A DNA stretch of 63,814 nucleotides, filler included, from Intoshia linei (GCA_001642005.1; 7 parts of 7 records of this genome joined end to end with filler, not necessarily neighbours in it); one strand, 5' to 3'; shown: positions 40,201-53,599, counted from the whole stretch's first letter. The notes: generated from the sequence alone by a model not told the origin. A program made the numbers and translations.

Positions 40201-42628
40201 ATCGAATTATCCTAAAATATTATAGATATTATATAGTAAAATAAAAAAATAAAACTAATAAAAAAAATAAATAATAATTTATTAAATTTTAACCTAAACA
40301 CGGCAATTAATAATAATTCTTATTTAATTCCGGTTAATGCGCACATTATAGACCAGAGGTTCCAAACATATTTCACAGTTAGATGCAGTGTTTCAATATC
40401 GGTAAATTATTACCGGTAATTATTTTCAGTTACGGTTAATTTAAAATTATAATAAAACGTTTATTGTGTATTACGTTTTTGAGATATTGATGTAGAGTTA
40501 ATTTTGCAAATAATTATATCAATTTAAACATAAATTTTTAATATTATCAGTTATACTTAAATATTTTTTAGTATACATTATCATGACTCGCAAATCTATA
40601 AATGTCTATGTATTGTATGGAAACATTTTATAAAAAAAAGACTGACAAAGTCAAGTGTTTACGTTGTCAAAATATTTTTATGATTTTACCGGTAACCCAA
40701 AATATTTACCCATAATTTTAAAAATATTACTTTTTCATATATTACATAGTTTTTAATATACTGAGATTGATTCAATATTGTAAATCAACATTTCATCAAT
40801 TTTTTTACCATTTTGTATTTATTAAATTACTTTTTTTACTATTTTGTTCAGCATAGCAAACAATTAACATGCTGAAATATACCTTTTTTTAATTGACAAA
40901 AGTAGTAAAAGCTAACACCCTAATATTCATATTGTACAACCAACTCTATTATCAATATTCTAAATATCTGGTCCCTTGACATTCATATTGTACAGAAACC
41001 ACTGTACTAAATTTCACCGGCAATTGAAAACACACAGTGACCCGCTGCTACTGTGAACATTCCACGTCTTGCGTAAAGACCATAAGCTCTCCACTGTCCC
41101 ATATGTAATATATTTTAAAATTTTACCGCAAATTTCTTGGATTGTAAACAAGGAGTATGTTCTAAATCCAAATATTTTTCTTTAAAAAAAGTAGTAAACT
41201 CAACTCTTTTCGCAACGTCTACCTGTAGCATTAGACTTAGAAGTATTTTACAATTGTTGGGTAAATGATCTGGAATCTAAACCATTTCATTAAAGAATAA
41301 CCCCAGAATTGTTTTATTAACATTAAATGTTGAATAAAAAACCTTTATAGTTTTCAAAGAATGAATACATCTTAATATGGTGGTAGAATTTGAGGAATTA
41401 AAAGGTGTATGACCCATGAGACTTTCTAAAATTTTATACATAATATTTCATAAATTTAACGATAAAAAATAATCCCCATCGACCATAAATCTGCCTTTGG
41501 GGTAAGTCGTTTAAATTGTATCAATTCAGGGGCCATATAAGATACTGTTCCTCTAATTGTAGATATTTCGTCTGCTTCATTTAAATATTGAGAAATACCA
41601 AAATCTAAATAAAACTGTAAAATATAATTTAAGTTATTTAATATGGAACTGGGTAACCAAAAATTTACAAAAAAATGGTCATCTACTTCCCATTAAATTT
41701 TAATTATTAAAGGGACTAACCATCGGGATATAAAAATATATTTTTTATTAATTATGCTTTGTACGTCAAAATTTAAAAGATTGGTGTAAACTTGAAAATT
41801 GAATAATTAGATATTGTTCAATAATAGAAGATTGATCAATGTTCATTATGTACTATGTAGAAAAATTAGTAAATTTACGGAATAGGAATAATCTGGTAGG
41901 GTAATAAACTAAATTATACGAACAAGCAGGATACCCATTAATAAATTCAAAAGTGTGCCAATTAGTTTAACTTATAATCGAACAAGTTGTTAGTAAAAAC
42001 CATGCCCTAAACTTTAAAACCTAAATTTTAGTGGTTTAAAACAATTATAGTCTTTACATGACACTAAACATATCTTTTTACCTGTAATTTTTAGTATAGG
42101 ATAATTTAAAGAAGAAGCAAGTATATTCTCCGGTTTTAAATCAAAATGACTAATATTCTTTGAACGTAAATATTTCATACCATTAGCTAAATTTTGGAAT
42201 AAAAAAAAATTGAATTATGTTAATTTTACAAATAAATTGTAAAACACGTAATGAATAATGAGGTGATAAATTTGTATGCATTTTTAAATGATAGGCCAAG
42301 TTTTGACCCTTACAATATTCAAAAATCAAATAGAGCTTTTTATTTTCAATCTAAATTTAAAAATGCTCAACATTTAAATCTACTTACTTTGTATTGGTAA
42401 AATGTAACAATATTTTCATGGTTTAAAGTTTGTAATATTTTTATTTCGTTCAATAATTTTTCCACATTCTTTTTATCATATTCAATTTGTTTTATTGCAA
42501 CAAATGAATTATTTATCTATTTTATCAATAAACCTTGACTAAATGCAAATTACTTTATATCTAGCTTTATAAACAACTGACGATCCACCCCTACCCACTC
42601 TTTCTAAAAAATTAAAATTTTCATTCAT
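37279..42628 (-). CDS. ULK3: Serine/threonine kinase ULK3 (kinase + MIT-like region, C-terminal CaaX)
   Basis: MNENFNFLERVGRGGSSVVYKA, FVAIK, KNISHFDLKPENILASSLNYPILKIT|DFG, RGTVSYMAPE, ADLWSMG, YLDLEHTP. These match ULK3 [28 protein letters not shown] and VDLEHMP. The last exon reads IENIMTEAENSKNYL...CNIQ*. Internal MIT exon boundaries are approximate. Confidence 0.88.
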
Positions 42629-42743
42629 TGTCAAATTCCTTTACAAATTACATACAAACATGATATTTAATAAAAAAATAAATGTACAATTCATTAGTTC
42701 AATGTTATGACATTACAAATAAGTTATAATTGATGGTAGTTTA

Positions 42744-44458
42744 TCAATCATTATTAGATTCCGATACATCATCGTTACTTTCTTGTTCAATATATTCTTC
42801 TCCATTGTTAAAGTAGGTAGTAGCATAATCATTGTCCTAAACATTTTATTAGACATGTAGTTTCTATATTATTCATCCATTCATAAAATCAGATGTAATT
42901 GAAAAAATATTATTCAGTGATTCAAGTTGAGAATCTCAACCTATTCTATAACCACATTACACATCAAATTAATATTTTACAGTACTGCAGTCCACGATAA
43001 AAAAGGAATAAAGACTGTTCACGCTAACCGACTAAGGTGTGGCCTGTACAGTTTGGATACCTATGGGTCAACCTTTAGGTACACATACATGCATATTATC
43101 AATAAAAATAAACATCATCGTCATCAACGTTTTCATCAATAGATTTGGTCTGGTCATCATGCGATTCTGCATCAGTGTCATCATCTTTTATGTTATTAAA
43201 TATATCATTTATATTCAACTTTGTGGTTATCTTCGCGTTCAAATTCATGTTATCTTGTGACTAAAATTATATAATCCCTCAATTGCAAAAATGTTAATAA
43301 ACCATGTTAAGATTTTTAATTTCTTTCCAAATCAATTCTTTTGGTAAAATTTCTGCGTCTAATATAAATGGTGTAATTTATAATTTGATTTCCATTTTAG
43401 ATTTAATAAAAATACAATTTATGATAATGTATATGATTTGTAAATACTATCCCAGAATTTATGTTTTATAAAATTTTACATGTTTCATTTTTAGTTTTGG
43501 CCATGAGGCCTACGTTTTTGAGGCTGAGATTTGTGACAATATTAATTATTTTAAAACGCGTCTAGAATTATTGTTTTATTAAATTTTTGGGGAATTGAGT
43601 TTTTGACCATGAAGAACTAAAATTCGGAAGTTGAAAAATAGATATCAAGATCCCCTGCGAAAAACTGTATTAGAAATTTGGTTTTTTAAATCTATTACAG
43701 TCACTTTTTTTATATATACATTAACACACACAGACATTTAATTTTATATCGGTTTCACATGCAATGATGATTGATATAGAAATCATTCAAAATTCTTAAA
43801 ATAATCGAATGGTTTATATAGGGCGTCTACTAAAAAAAATATAAATACTTTTTATAATTTTTAATAATTTTAATTTTAATACAACCATTTTTAATAAAAA
43901 TCTAGTTTTACCAACTCTAAAAGCAAAAATCCAGTTTACCAAATTAAAAAGGAAAAATTCAGTTTTACAGAATTTAAAGTAATTTGTATCAATATCAAAA
44001 TATACCTATAAGTTTTTAATTGACAAATCGTTTAAAACCGTATTATTTTCAGCTTATGGTTAGCGCTTAAAAAAGAAGGCCAACTACATTTTTTACAACG
44101 TACAAAACATTAATTTTAATGGTAAATAAATATACATTTTACCAATATTTTCATTTAAAGTTTCAATTCTTTTCAGATTGTCTTCATAATCATATTTATC
44201 AGAATAACGAAAAAAGAATGAATCTTTAGGAATATTTAATTTGTACCCAGTTTCAATCCAATCTTTTTGGAAATTTTTTTCAATTTCACCAATTTTTTCT
44301 TCGTAATCATCGTATTCAAAACTCGGAAATGTATTGAGACTCTATTTTTTAATTTTAAGTTAAAATTTTATAAACGTAAGTACAGGGTATCTTTCATTTT
44401 TAGATTCAATAAAATTTGGTCTTCTTGAAAAACGATTTGCTCCTCTGCGGTTATACAT
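42744..44458 (-). CDS. POLR3G: RNA polymerase III subunit RPC7/C31-like
   Basis: Arg-rich N-terminus MYNRRGANRFSRRP, FRYSDKY, ILPKEL, acidic region, and C-terminal NDYATTYFNNGEEY matching the RPC31 family DYxxxYFDNGED motif. Confidence 0.75.
43560..43750 (-). repeat. Helitron-family terminal fragment in the RPC7 intron
   Basis: TTTTGACCATGAAGAACT...AAAACTGTATTAGAAATT...ACACACACAGACA block. Confidence 0.55.
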
Positions 44459-44526
44459 TTCATTTATGTTAACATGGAAACGTTACAGCGTAGAAATAAT
44501 TTAAAAAAGTTCATATTCATTATTTA

Positions 44527-45189
44527 ACGAGTGTCCATATAAATTATAACAACACTTTGAAAAATCTGATTTTTAATTGTACTAATTAATAATAATTTTA
44601 TAACAATTTAATTAGAACATGGGTAGAGGTTGCAAATTAAGTGATGATTAAAAAAATTCATTTTAGGAACAGCATATGATGACAATAACATCAGGAGATC
44701 GTATAAAAATATTGCTGATCGTTTGACTTAGCATTTTACATCAAGAAGATCGTTTGATGTAGTTCGATCATTTTAAATGAGCCACAAGGTTATGATGAAG
44801 GCAGAAAAAGGGCTGGTGCGAAAACTAAAATGTCAGATAGGACAAAAAGAGTCATTATAATGGAGGTAACTTCGAATCCTAATAAAGGAGTAAGAGGTGT
44901 TGCGGCGATTATGTGCTCTAAGGGAATAAATATATCAAAATCTTCCGTTTACAATGTTATCAAGTCAAACCAAAATATCATCCTTGTTAAAATTAAACCA
45001 AAGCCAAAATTACTAGCAAGACACGAGGACTCCAGAGTAAAGTGGGCGGAAAATTATCTGAAGAGTAATATAGATTCTAAAAATATCATTTGGACTGATG
45101 AAAAAAAGTTAAATCTAGATGGTCCCGATTACTACAATTATTACTGGCATGACTTACGCCATGAATTGCTAGATTGGGTCAGTCTATAA
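44527..45189 (+). pseudogene. Tc1/Tc3-like transposase relic
   Basis: MGRGCKLSDD* N-terminal HTH with stops and frameshifts, then KPKL...RVKWA...IIWTDEKKLNLDGPD...YYWHDLR (Tc3-type first catalytic D). Truncated afterwards. Confidence 0.85.
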
Positions 45190-45675
45190 GATATCTAAAT
45201 ATTAACCGATTTCATTTCTTTTGGTAATGTTGTTTAAAAATAAAAAATGAACATACAGACAAAATGGCTTTTTCTGATAAAAAAAGTGGACACCCTAACC
45301 TACATATGTATATGATAATTTTTATGGTTTAAAAACTATTCCAGAAGGACTCAATTCGAAAAATTAAACTTAGATATAAACATTATCCGCTAAAAACTGT
45401 ACTAGAGCTTGAAGTTTTTAAATAAACCGTAACAAACCCACAAATTATACATGTTTTATATAAGAAAATGACAAGTTTAAAAAGTATTCAATAATGTTTA
45501 CTATTTCTTATTTACATTTTAATACTGAATTGATGTTGACATAATAGAAAAATGACATAAAAAAATATTTTTTTAAATCGTTTCATATTCAACAATAAAT
45601 TGTTAATAAAATTGGTATTAAAAATTAACTATTTTTGAATTTTAATATACATTTTAGCATAATTAAAATCACAAA

Positions 45676-47670
45676 ATGACGTTGATTCATGTTTCATTAA
45701 TTATATTGGGCAGTTTAATAATGGATTGCAAAACGGAAATTAAAATTTTAAAAATGGAACACATTGGAAAATCAGAATGGAAAAACAAATACATTTCTCC
45801 ATATTACAGTGTATTATTTAATATATGCGAGAATATACTTGTAGTCGGTGATATCAGTTATGATACATTGAACATTTTTTCAAGAAATGTAAATGAGATT
45901 CGACCGAAACTAATACAATCGTATCAATTAAAAAGCATTTACATAATTCATATTGATAATCAATCATTTCATTGTAGAAGTTTTGGGTTTAAAGTGATAA
46001 TTGAAAATAGAATTGCAACCATATACATTAGCTGTAGATCACCAAGAAAATATATTATTCTAGAACTGTTTGAAGAAGAAACCACTAATTACCTAGAAAA
46101 ATTAATTATATCCAAGTATACTAGCGATGTCATTTTTTATAATTATCATGAAATTATTTACATTCCATTAAATAAAATTCAAATTATAATTTCCACCAAA
46201 ATTTTACACATGAGTAAAATTGAATCTATAAAATGGTCAACAGATCCAGAAATTCATTACGCTTATATTCATACATCAAATGGTAATTTGTATGTATTTG
46301 ATACTATTGAAGTCAAGATTAAACTATTAACAAACAATGTTGTCGGGTACGTTCCATCTCATCATAATATTTTTATACTTTCAGAAAAAAAGGCATGGAA
46401 AATATACTCGAATAAAACTAATTTGTTAGATGACGTCAATTTAACAAAAGACTTAATGCCATTATATTCAAATAAATTACTTCACATAATTGCCTATTTC
46501 AGGGTTCGAAGAAGAATATTATTATACGTCCAGATTTCAAAGGAGCCAAGGAACAGGTTCAATTATTTAAAACCAAAAAATGTTCTCATCAGTGATGTTA
46601 ATCTGAAAAAATTTAGAAATACGCAATTTGTAAATATAACAGATTTTACAGTCAATTTTAAGGTTTGGACAATAGAAACAGTTACGTTTACATTGGTTAT
46701 TATGAACATACAACATGTTACAAAAATTTCATTTGACGCGGCTGATACGTGGGAAGATTTAAACATTGTTGGCGTACCAGATTCATCCAACATAACTGCT
46801 TATATCGTAGACGATAAATTTGATGTTTTGGGTTTAATTTCATTTAGATATTTTAACCCTAAAATAAGTGTAACTCAATCTACATTATACGTTTCACTTG
46901 ATGGTGGAAAACACTGGGATAGCCCATTCAATCATATCACAACCAACACTATATATAGAAATATAAAATCAATGTATCCGCACGTTATCATTGTATACAG
47001 CAAAATCAATATTTATATTTCTTTCACGGCTGCCCATTCATGGCAAGCGATTGGAAACAATGCTGAATTAATAGAAAATATATATTCCAAAAGTTTTGAT
47101 TTTTATGTGAACTTTTCCTTAAACAGCCGAATATTCAGTCTAGTTCATTTTTTAAAATATCCATACATATTTTCATATGATTTATATGTCAATTTTGAAG
47201 AATGTAAAACAAAAGTAAAAACTTTTCAATGTTCTAAAAATCTTCACATTTTTACTGCATTAAAAAATCCGTCCAGTATATGTTATTACAATAATTTCAA
47301 ACCAACAAGAAATGCGGATTGTAAATGTTCTAATATTGATTACACTTGTTCTTTTCATGAAGAAAAAGGTTCTACTTCCAATGAATGCAATTTTCTAAAG
47401 TTAAATATTTATGACACTAAATTTTATGATGATTTTTGTAACAGGTCCTATAATGATATTTTATACTCCATTTTGATACCTATTCTCAGTGTTTTTGGGT
47501 TCTTATTTATTATATTGATATTTTTGTGCATTAAAAGAAAATTATTTCCAAGTGTTTCAATGGTGCAGGGCCCAGAAATCAAACACACTATTCATGGAAC
47601 TTCTACAATGACTAAGACACGTGGAAATGATATACTAAGTTATCAAACAGGTCAAAAATATTCAATTTAG
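45676..47670 (+). CDS. VPS10/sortilin-like type I membrane receptor (intronless, divergent)
   Basis: Signal peptide; Asp-box/BNR repeats SFDAADTW, VSLDGGKHW and SFTAAHSW; Cys-rich segment CKCSNIDYTC (10CC-like CxCxxxDxxC); TM helix; short tail. Confidence 0.7.
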   Translation: MTLIHVSLIILGSLIMDCKTEIKILKMEHIGKSEWKNKYISPYYSVLFNICENILVVGDISYDTLNIFSRNVNEIRPKLIQSYQLKSIYIIHIDNQSFHCRSFGFKVIIENRIATIYISCRSPRKYIILELFEEETTNYLEKLIISKYTSDVIFYNYHEIIYIPLNKIQIIISTKILHMSKIESIKWSTDPEIHYAYIHTSNGNLYVFDTIEVKIKLLTNNVVGYVPSHHNIFILSEKKAWKIYSNKTNLLDDVNLTKDLMPLYSNKLLHIIAYFRVRRRILLYVQISKEPRNRFNYLKPKNVLISDVNLKKFRNTQFVNITDFTVNFKVWTIETVTFTLVIMNIQHVTKISFDAADTWEDLNIVGVPDSSNITAYIVDDKFDVLGLISFRYFNPKISVTQSTLYVSLDGGKHWDSPFNHITTNTIYRNIKSMYPHVIIVYSKINIYISFTAAHSWQAIGNNAELIENIYSKSFDFYVNFSLNSRIFSLVHFLKYPYIFSYDLYVNFEECKTKVKTFQCSKNLHIFTALKNPSSICYYNNFKPTRNADCKCSNIDYTCSFHEEKGSTSNECNFLKLNIYDTKFYDDFCNRSYNDILYSILIPILSVFGFLFIILIFLCIKRKLFPSVSMVQGPEIKHTIHGTSTMTKTRGNDILSYQTGQKYSI

Positions 47671-47792
47671 TATACGAAATATTTAATTTCTCCTAATCAT
47701 TAATAAATCCAAGAATAGAATCAATTAGCCCTTTTTATGAAGCCAATTGTTTATTTTTATATTAAATTTTACTTAATTACAACAGAGTATAG

Positions 47793-48260
47793 CAGTGCTT
47801 TCCAACCAGTGTGTCGCGGGAGAATTATAGGTATGTCGTCAACTTTTTAGAATGTATTATTATTAAAATTCTAAAATAATTTTCATTTTTTAAAATAAAG
47901 GCAATCTGGAGTTTTGATGGTCAAAATTAAATTTTTTGATATTGCGATTTATAATATTTATGATTTAAAAAAATATCACAGATTGTTTATTTTATAAAAT
48001 TCTAGAACTTTTTTCATTTGCAAATAAAAGTGTTATTTGTAGTTTTTACCCTGAAAATGTACCTTTTTGAAATTATTTTATTTTAAAATCTGTATAAGAG
48101 TATATATTTTTTTAAATTCTAGGAATCGTTTGATTATAAAATAAGGATAATTTGGGTTTTTTTACTGGGACAGGTAAGTGGTAATTTTCTGAGATTAAAA
48201 TTTAATATATATATATATATATATTATCTCGGAAAAATCTGACTTGGAATTTGTTTAATT
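47793..48260. repeat. hAT MITE end plus Helitron-family fragment
   Basis: TIR-like CAGTGCTTTCCAACCAGTGTGTCGCG at 47793, followed by family internal repeats (TTTTTAAATTCT..TCGTTTGATT). Confidence 0.5.
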
Positions 48261-49774
48261 GACCAAAAACATGAGATAATTAGGCAACTCTTTCTACCAA
48301 CCTATTATTATTACAATTGGTCACATCGCTACTTTTATTCTTCAATTCAAAAAAAACTAAATTAATCAAAATAAAAAATTAAATTTAATTTATTTTTTAG
48401 ATTTAATCGCGTGATTCGTACTCGTTCAACATTTTTTTTAGATCACTGTTTCCCAACCTTATACTTTCCAGTGCACCCCTTATAAAATTTTCAAATGATA
48501 GCGCCCCATATTAAAATTGAATACAATCGATATAAATTAAATCGCCTAACCTTTTCCATTATAATAAATTAAATATTGTAATGACTGAAACAGTGAAATA
48601 AAATTAGCAAACCACCTAAAGTTTCACATGATTTAATAAAAAAGGTATTATAAACAATAAAATATTTATTAAAAATTGATAAATACCCTCAGGTTGATGA
48701 GCCTGTGACAACTTATCGATATCAATCTGTAGCTTTGATCGTGGAAAGTTTTTGAAGTCACGATATAGGAAAATATTCATGATTTTAACAACCGTTCCAG
48801 AATTTGTGCTTTTTAAACGTCTACAAGCATTTTAAAAAAAAAGTAATTGGGATTTTTGCCCCTGAATGACAAACTATTCGAAATACTATTTTTAAAATTG
48901 TTAGACATATAGATATATCTTTAACAGAAAAATATTATTCACAAATTCATCATTTTCCAATTTGAATAAATAAACATTAATTTTGCATTTGGAAGTTTTT
49001 CACATAAAATAATGTTGCCATATTTCAGTGCTTTATAAATACATAAATAAGTCAATATATTTTAATTAATTAAACTCAGTATGCCATTGATCTAATATTT
49101 AAATAATTGGATTCGTTTTTAATTATACTTACAGTTGGCTACAACCTAAAACAGGGCGATTCAAACTTAAGTGAACGATCGGGACAAGTTAAAATCAATT
49201 TTTGGTGTTAATAAGTATGGAATTACGATCATTATGACACCAATATTATCTGTGTTAATTAGTTAAATAAAATTTTATAAGGGCAGTAAAGTCCAAACAA
49301 TTATATAAAGTAGTCGTGTATAATAAGGTGTCTCAAAAAAATGAAAAATTATATTTTTGAACATCCTTAGGTATAGTAGTGATCAAGTATAAAAAAATGT
49401 TATTTCCAAAACATTAATGCATTTCAACGAATATTAAAGATAGCCTGACCATTTAAAGTTTTCTATATATACTATGTATTATAAAATTAAAACTGAATTT
49501 ATTTTAACGGAAATTGGCGTTTAAGCTTTTAAACGTGGTACCGACTTTATAATATTGTTCTCCATGTTTAGTTATACTGTTTATTTTTTAAAATTTGTTT
49601 CTAGCTCAATTTTTTTGGATTTTATTAACGATTTAATTTCTCGAATTCTGGCTATTTACATTAAATAAATTGTATTCAAACAAAAAATAAAATAAAATTG
49701 CGCAACTCAAATCGGCATCTTTGCAACACCCCATTCTAGATTAACATGATAATACACCATTTCAACTACTCAAG

Positions 49775-50334
49775 ATTATTCTGATAGAGCTTATTCCAGT
49801 TGATATAAAAACAAAATTTCAACCCCAGAAATCTACGCATTCCCGGTGAAAAATAATTTTTAATATATTATCAACCAATATTTTTCAAATATTTCGAATT
49901 AAAATAAAAATATTGATCCTACAATATCAAAAAAAATGTGCATTGAACGTTTACACATTTCCAATAAAGAAATATGATTAAACATCTATATAATTCATTC
50001 CTTCGGATTTTTTTTCATTGCTACGCAATATTTAAATTTCAAATTCTCATTTCAAAACATTTTGAATCAAATTTAAATAGAAACTAAACAACGAAACTAA
50101 AACAACTTTGTTAATATCATTTTTATATTTATTACTATCCTTTGCAAATTTGGTAGAATTAGCCTGAAATATGTATATAAAGTGAAGATTCAAATAAATT
50201 AAAAAAATATGATAACAATTGTTTTTAAAATTCTCTACGCAAATGTTATCAAAAAAAATTAAGATAATAAAATAAAAATGTGCCCTCGGCAAAGCTAGGT
50301 GCTGTTTGTACGTAGTACATAACAGTCAACCTAG
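49775..50334 (+). mobile_element. Helitron-like element, 3' portion
   Basis: Ends GCCCTCGGC...CTGTTTGTAC-GTA-GTACATAACAG-TCAAC-CTAG^T, a hairpin a few nt before CTAG-3'. Confidence 0.8.
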
Positions 50335-50698
50335 TTTATTATAAATATTTATCATCTAAAATAAATTTAACATCATGAAGGTAATGCATCTCATAATATC
50401 ATAATCCAGATAAGAAATAAAAACTAACTTTGGAACATGTTAATAATTTAATTTAATTAGTCATTATTTAATAATAAAATACATATATTACAATAGTAAA
50501 TTTTGAAATTCGATTTTTCTAATTTCCATTAGGGCGGTACAGCTAAATTATAAATTATACATGAAATTAAACAAATACTTATACAAAACAAGTGTCGTAT
50601 AAATCAAACTATCTTAACTTTTTTAAAGTAATATAAAACATACATAAATAATTAAAATTCTAGATATATTAGGTATAAACTAAAATTGTAACTACATA

Positions 50699-51411
50699 CA
50701 CCCGACAAAACGTTATATCATCTAAATTAAATTGAAATATAGATAAAACTACATGCAGTTTCAACCATCAGATCCATCTAGGTTGAATAATTTTTCATCG
50801 GAAAAGCATATTTGATCCATATTAATCCACATGTATTTGATGAGAAACTTAATTCCCGCTGTATTATCAGTGTAAAAATCTAATTGAAACAACTTTAGAT
50901 TTTATTAACTATCAGAAATACAGAAATTTAATGCCTCTCTTAATAAAAGTCTTCTTTCAAATGGACTTAACTTCTTTGGGCGTCCAATTTTGCATCTTAA
51001 TTTTTTCGAAAAATGATTCTTAAGATACGTTTGTATCCACTTTCGACTTTTTTCTAATCTTATTGCAATTTTTAACTAGATATGGTCCTCATTGACGATA
51101 ATATCAATTAAACTCTTTTCGCGTTCATTGAAATATTTTTCTTTGGGCATTTTTATTAAAATTTGTATAATCTGCATGTATTTATAAATTAAAAAATTTA
51201 GTTCTAATGTTATTTAAACCTATTATGTAATCTCTTAGATCACTTTTGTCGCTTGATCGATAATGAAAATATATATTATGATCTAATTAGAGATGAATAC
51301 TTGCAATAAATTATATTTATATAATTTCACATATCACTTGGGACCCCGTGTTTTAAATGTATTAATAACAATTTTAAATTATTAAATGTTCTAACGTTTT
51401 GTCGGGGAGTG
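50699..51411 (-). mobile_element. Internally deleted Tc1/Tc3-like element with TIRs
   Basis: TA-flanked TIRs CACCCGACAAAACGTTA / TAACGTTTTGTCGGGGAGTG. The minus-strand relic reads MPKEKYFNERE...IAIRLEKSRKWIQTYLK...GRPKKLS...ICFSDEKLFNLDGSDG* with stops. Confidence 0.85.
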
Positions 51412-51598
51412 TATAAGTAATAATAACATGTAAATTGTGACTTGTTTCTAAAAATTAATTCCACTTAAGAATTCGATAAATGTTCATTTTTTCTTATGGT
51501 TCGTTAAAAATATCACCCATTATCAATTTTAATGGTAACAAAATTAAAAAAAGTTTAAAATCCCTCATAGTAGTCTCTACAAAGAAAGATTGAATGAT

Positions 51599-52829
51599 TT
51601 ACAATAGATATTCAATTTTGCACACCATCGAAATGTTATAATTACAGTACTAATGTGAAATTAAAAAATATAAACTTACCGATACGTGAGATAAGGGAAT
51701 AAATCCGCTATTATTAGTTTTAATTAGTGTGACGTGTATCCAATATTGGTCGTCTTGGTGGGTTAAATTGGTATTGATGACAATTCTGTCAGAAGCGTTA
51801 ACTGATAATTCGTAATTATTTTCCGATTTAAAGTTAAATGCGACATAATATTCCGATTTTTCAGCTGAACGGATTGACTTTTCACATTCTAAATATACAT
51901 AAAAAACGCTTATATAAATTTTACTTGTTAAAAAATCGAAACATGTTGAAAATTCTGATTTAATTTCACATTTTTGCTTAGTCGTTTGATTGTCTGTAAC
52001 GGTACGAGCAAAAATAGACGCACCATGGCAAACCAATAATTTTGAAATTTCATAGTGATCACAAGATGCAGCACAGTGTAAAGGCGTCCAAGCATCAACA
52101 TCTAAAGCATTAACATTACACCCCAATTTTATGAGAAATTGAACCATCTCTGCATCAGCTGAAAAGGCAGCATGATGGAGTGCAGTAATCCCATCAATAT
52201 TTACTTCTTTTGTAATTTCAATTTCATTGGATAATTTTTTAACTAGGTCAATTTCTCCTTCTATAATAGCATCCACAACAATATCTTTTGAGATGAATTT
52301 TACACGAACATCATTTTTTGGTTGATTGATATTTTTGAAATTCAATTTATTATTTTTAATACATGGTAATATATTTGCATCTTTTTCCATTATAATTTCA
52401 TAATTAAAATTTTCAGTATCATTGGAATCTTGAACATTATTTCCAGATGTTTTTAAAATTTGACCAATATTTATAGAGTCTATTTTTTCATGTTTACACT
52501 CGATTCGATTTTCAAATTTATTCAATTTTTTGTTAATATTTATTTTATCACAATATTTTGGAATAATAATATTTGAAAAGGTGCCTTCTTGTGGTATTAC
52601 ATTATTAGATATATCATCATAATTTAGTGAATCCCAATCATAACTCCTGTCAGTATAACCTGTCGTTTCACTATATTCATCTCCGTTATCATTGGTTTCT
52701 TTTATTTGATTATCAATTTTTGTAATTTTGTTAGATTTTATATATTCTAGCATGCTTGATTTACTTTTGTGTAATGCATTCTGTTGATTAATTAAATTTT
52801 TCTTACGTTCATTTTCACAGTTTTTTTCC
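51599..52829 (-). CDS. ASPP-family protein (RVxF + ankyrin repeats + SH3), 3' exons
   Basis: RVKF PP1-binding motif directly before DAIIEGEIDLV, GITALHHA, DAWTPLHCAASC, HGASIFART, then SH3 (ELSVNASDRI...YW...GFIP). A small in-frame intron lies near 51890-51925. Upstream exons are not resolved. Confidence 0.88.
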
Positions 52830-53599
52830 TAAAATTTAATTAAAAATTGATAATATAATAAGAAATATTAACATGTAAGTATAAAGTGTAAAGCAAGTCT
52901 AAGCCCAACAGTTTATATTTAATAGAATATGATAGATACAATCATATTTTTGAAATATTTTTAAACCCTATAGAGAACGTAATTATTTAGTAAATAAAAA
53001 GAATCAGTTTATAGAAATAGAAACACCACTGAGGCACAACTTTTCGAAAGTATCCAAAATGGTTTTTCAACAATTATTCAAAGCGATTGTGATGGCTATT
53101 GGCAAAACATGAAAAAGTACATACGAAAGTCAATTTTATTAGAACAAATTACGGACTAAAATTGTAAATTAAATTATTTATTAACGTTATTCTTCAATTC
53201 TAGTTTTTAGTTTACAATAAATGTATTCTATAATATTTCTCAATAAATTGCAAAAATTTTTCTGCAAAGTGCAAAAACAAATATAAATACACTGTAAGAA
53301 GATGAAATTTTGGAGAATCCGGATAATTTAGAAATTTTTTGAAAAATTCTGGAATATTCCGAATAGCGATATTGATTTCTATAATTATCTTTAACTCCCC
53401 ATATACAAGTAAAATTCAATAATTCATCTACTCGATAAATTGTAAAATATTTTATTTTATCTCATTAAATTGTAATTTAAAATAAAAATTAAGTTTATTA
53501 TTTTGTACATTATCTTAATGCTGTCACATATCTAACTTTATTTTCTTTATCAATTAAAATTCCTTTTTTATATTTACAATTTTTAACTGATTTAACTAA

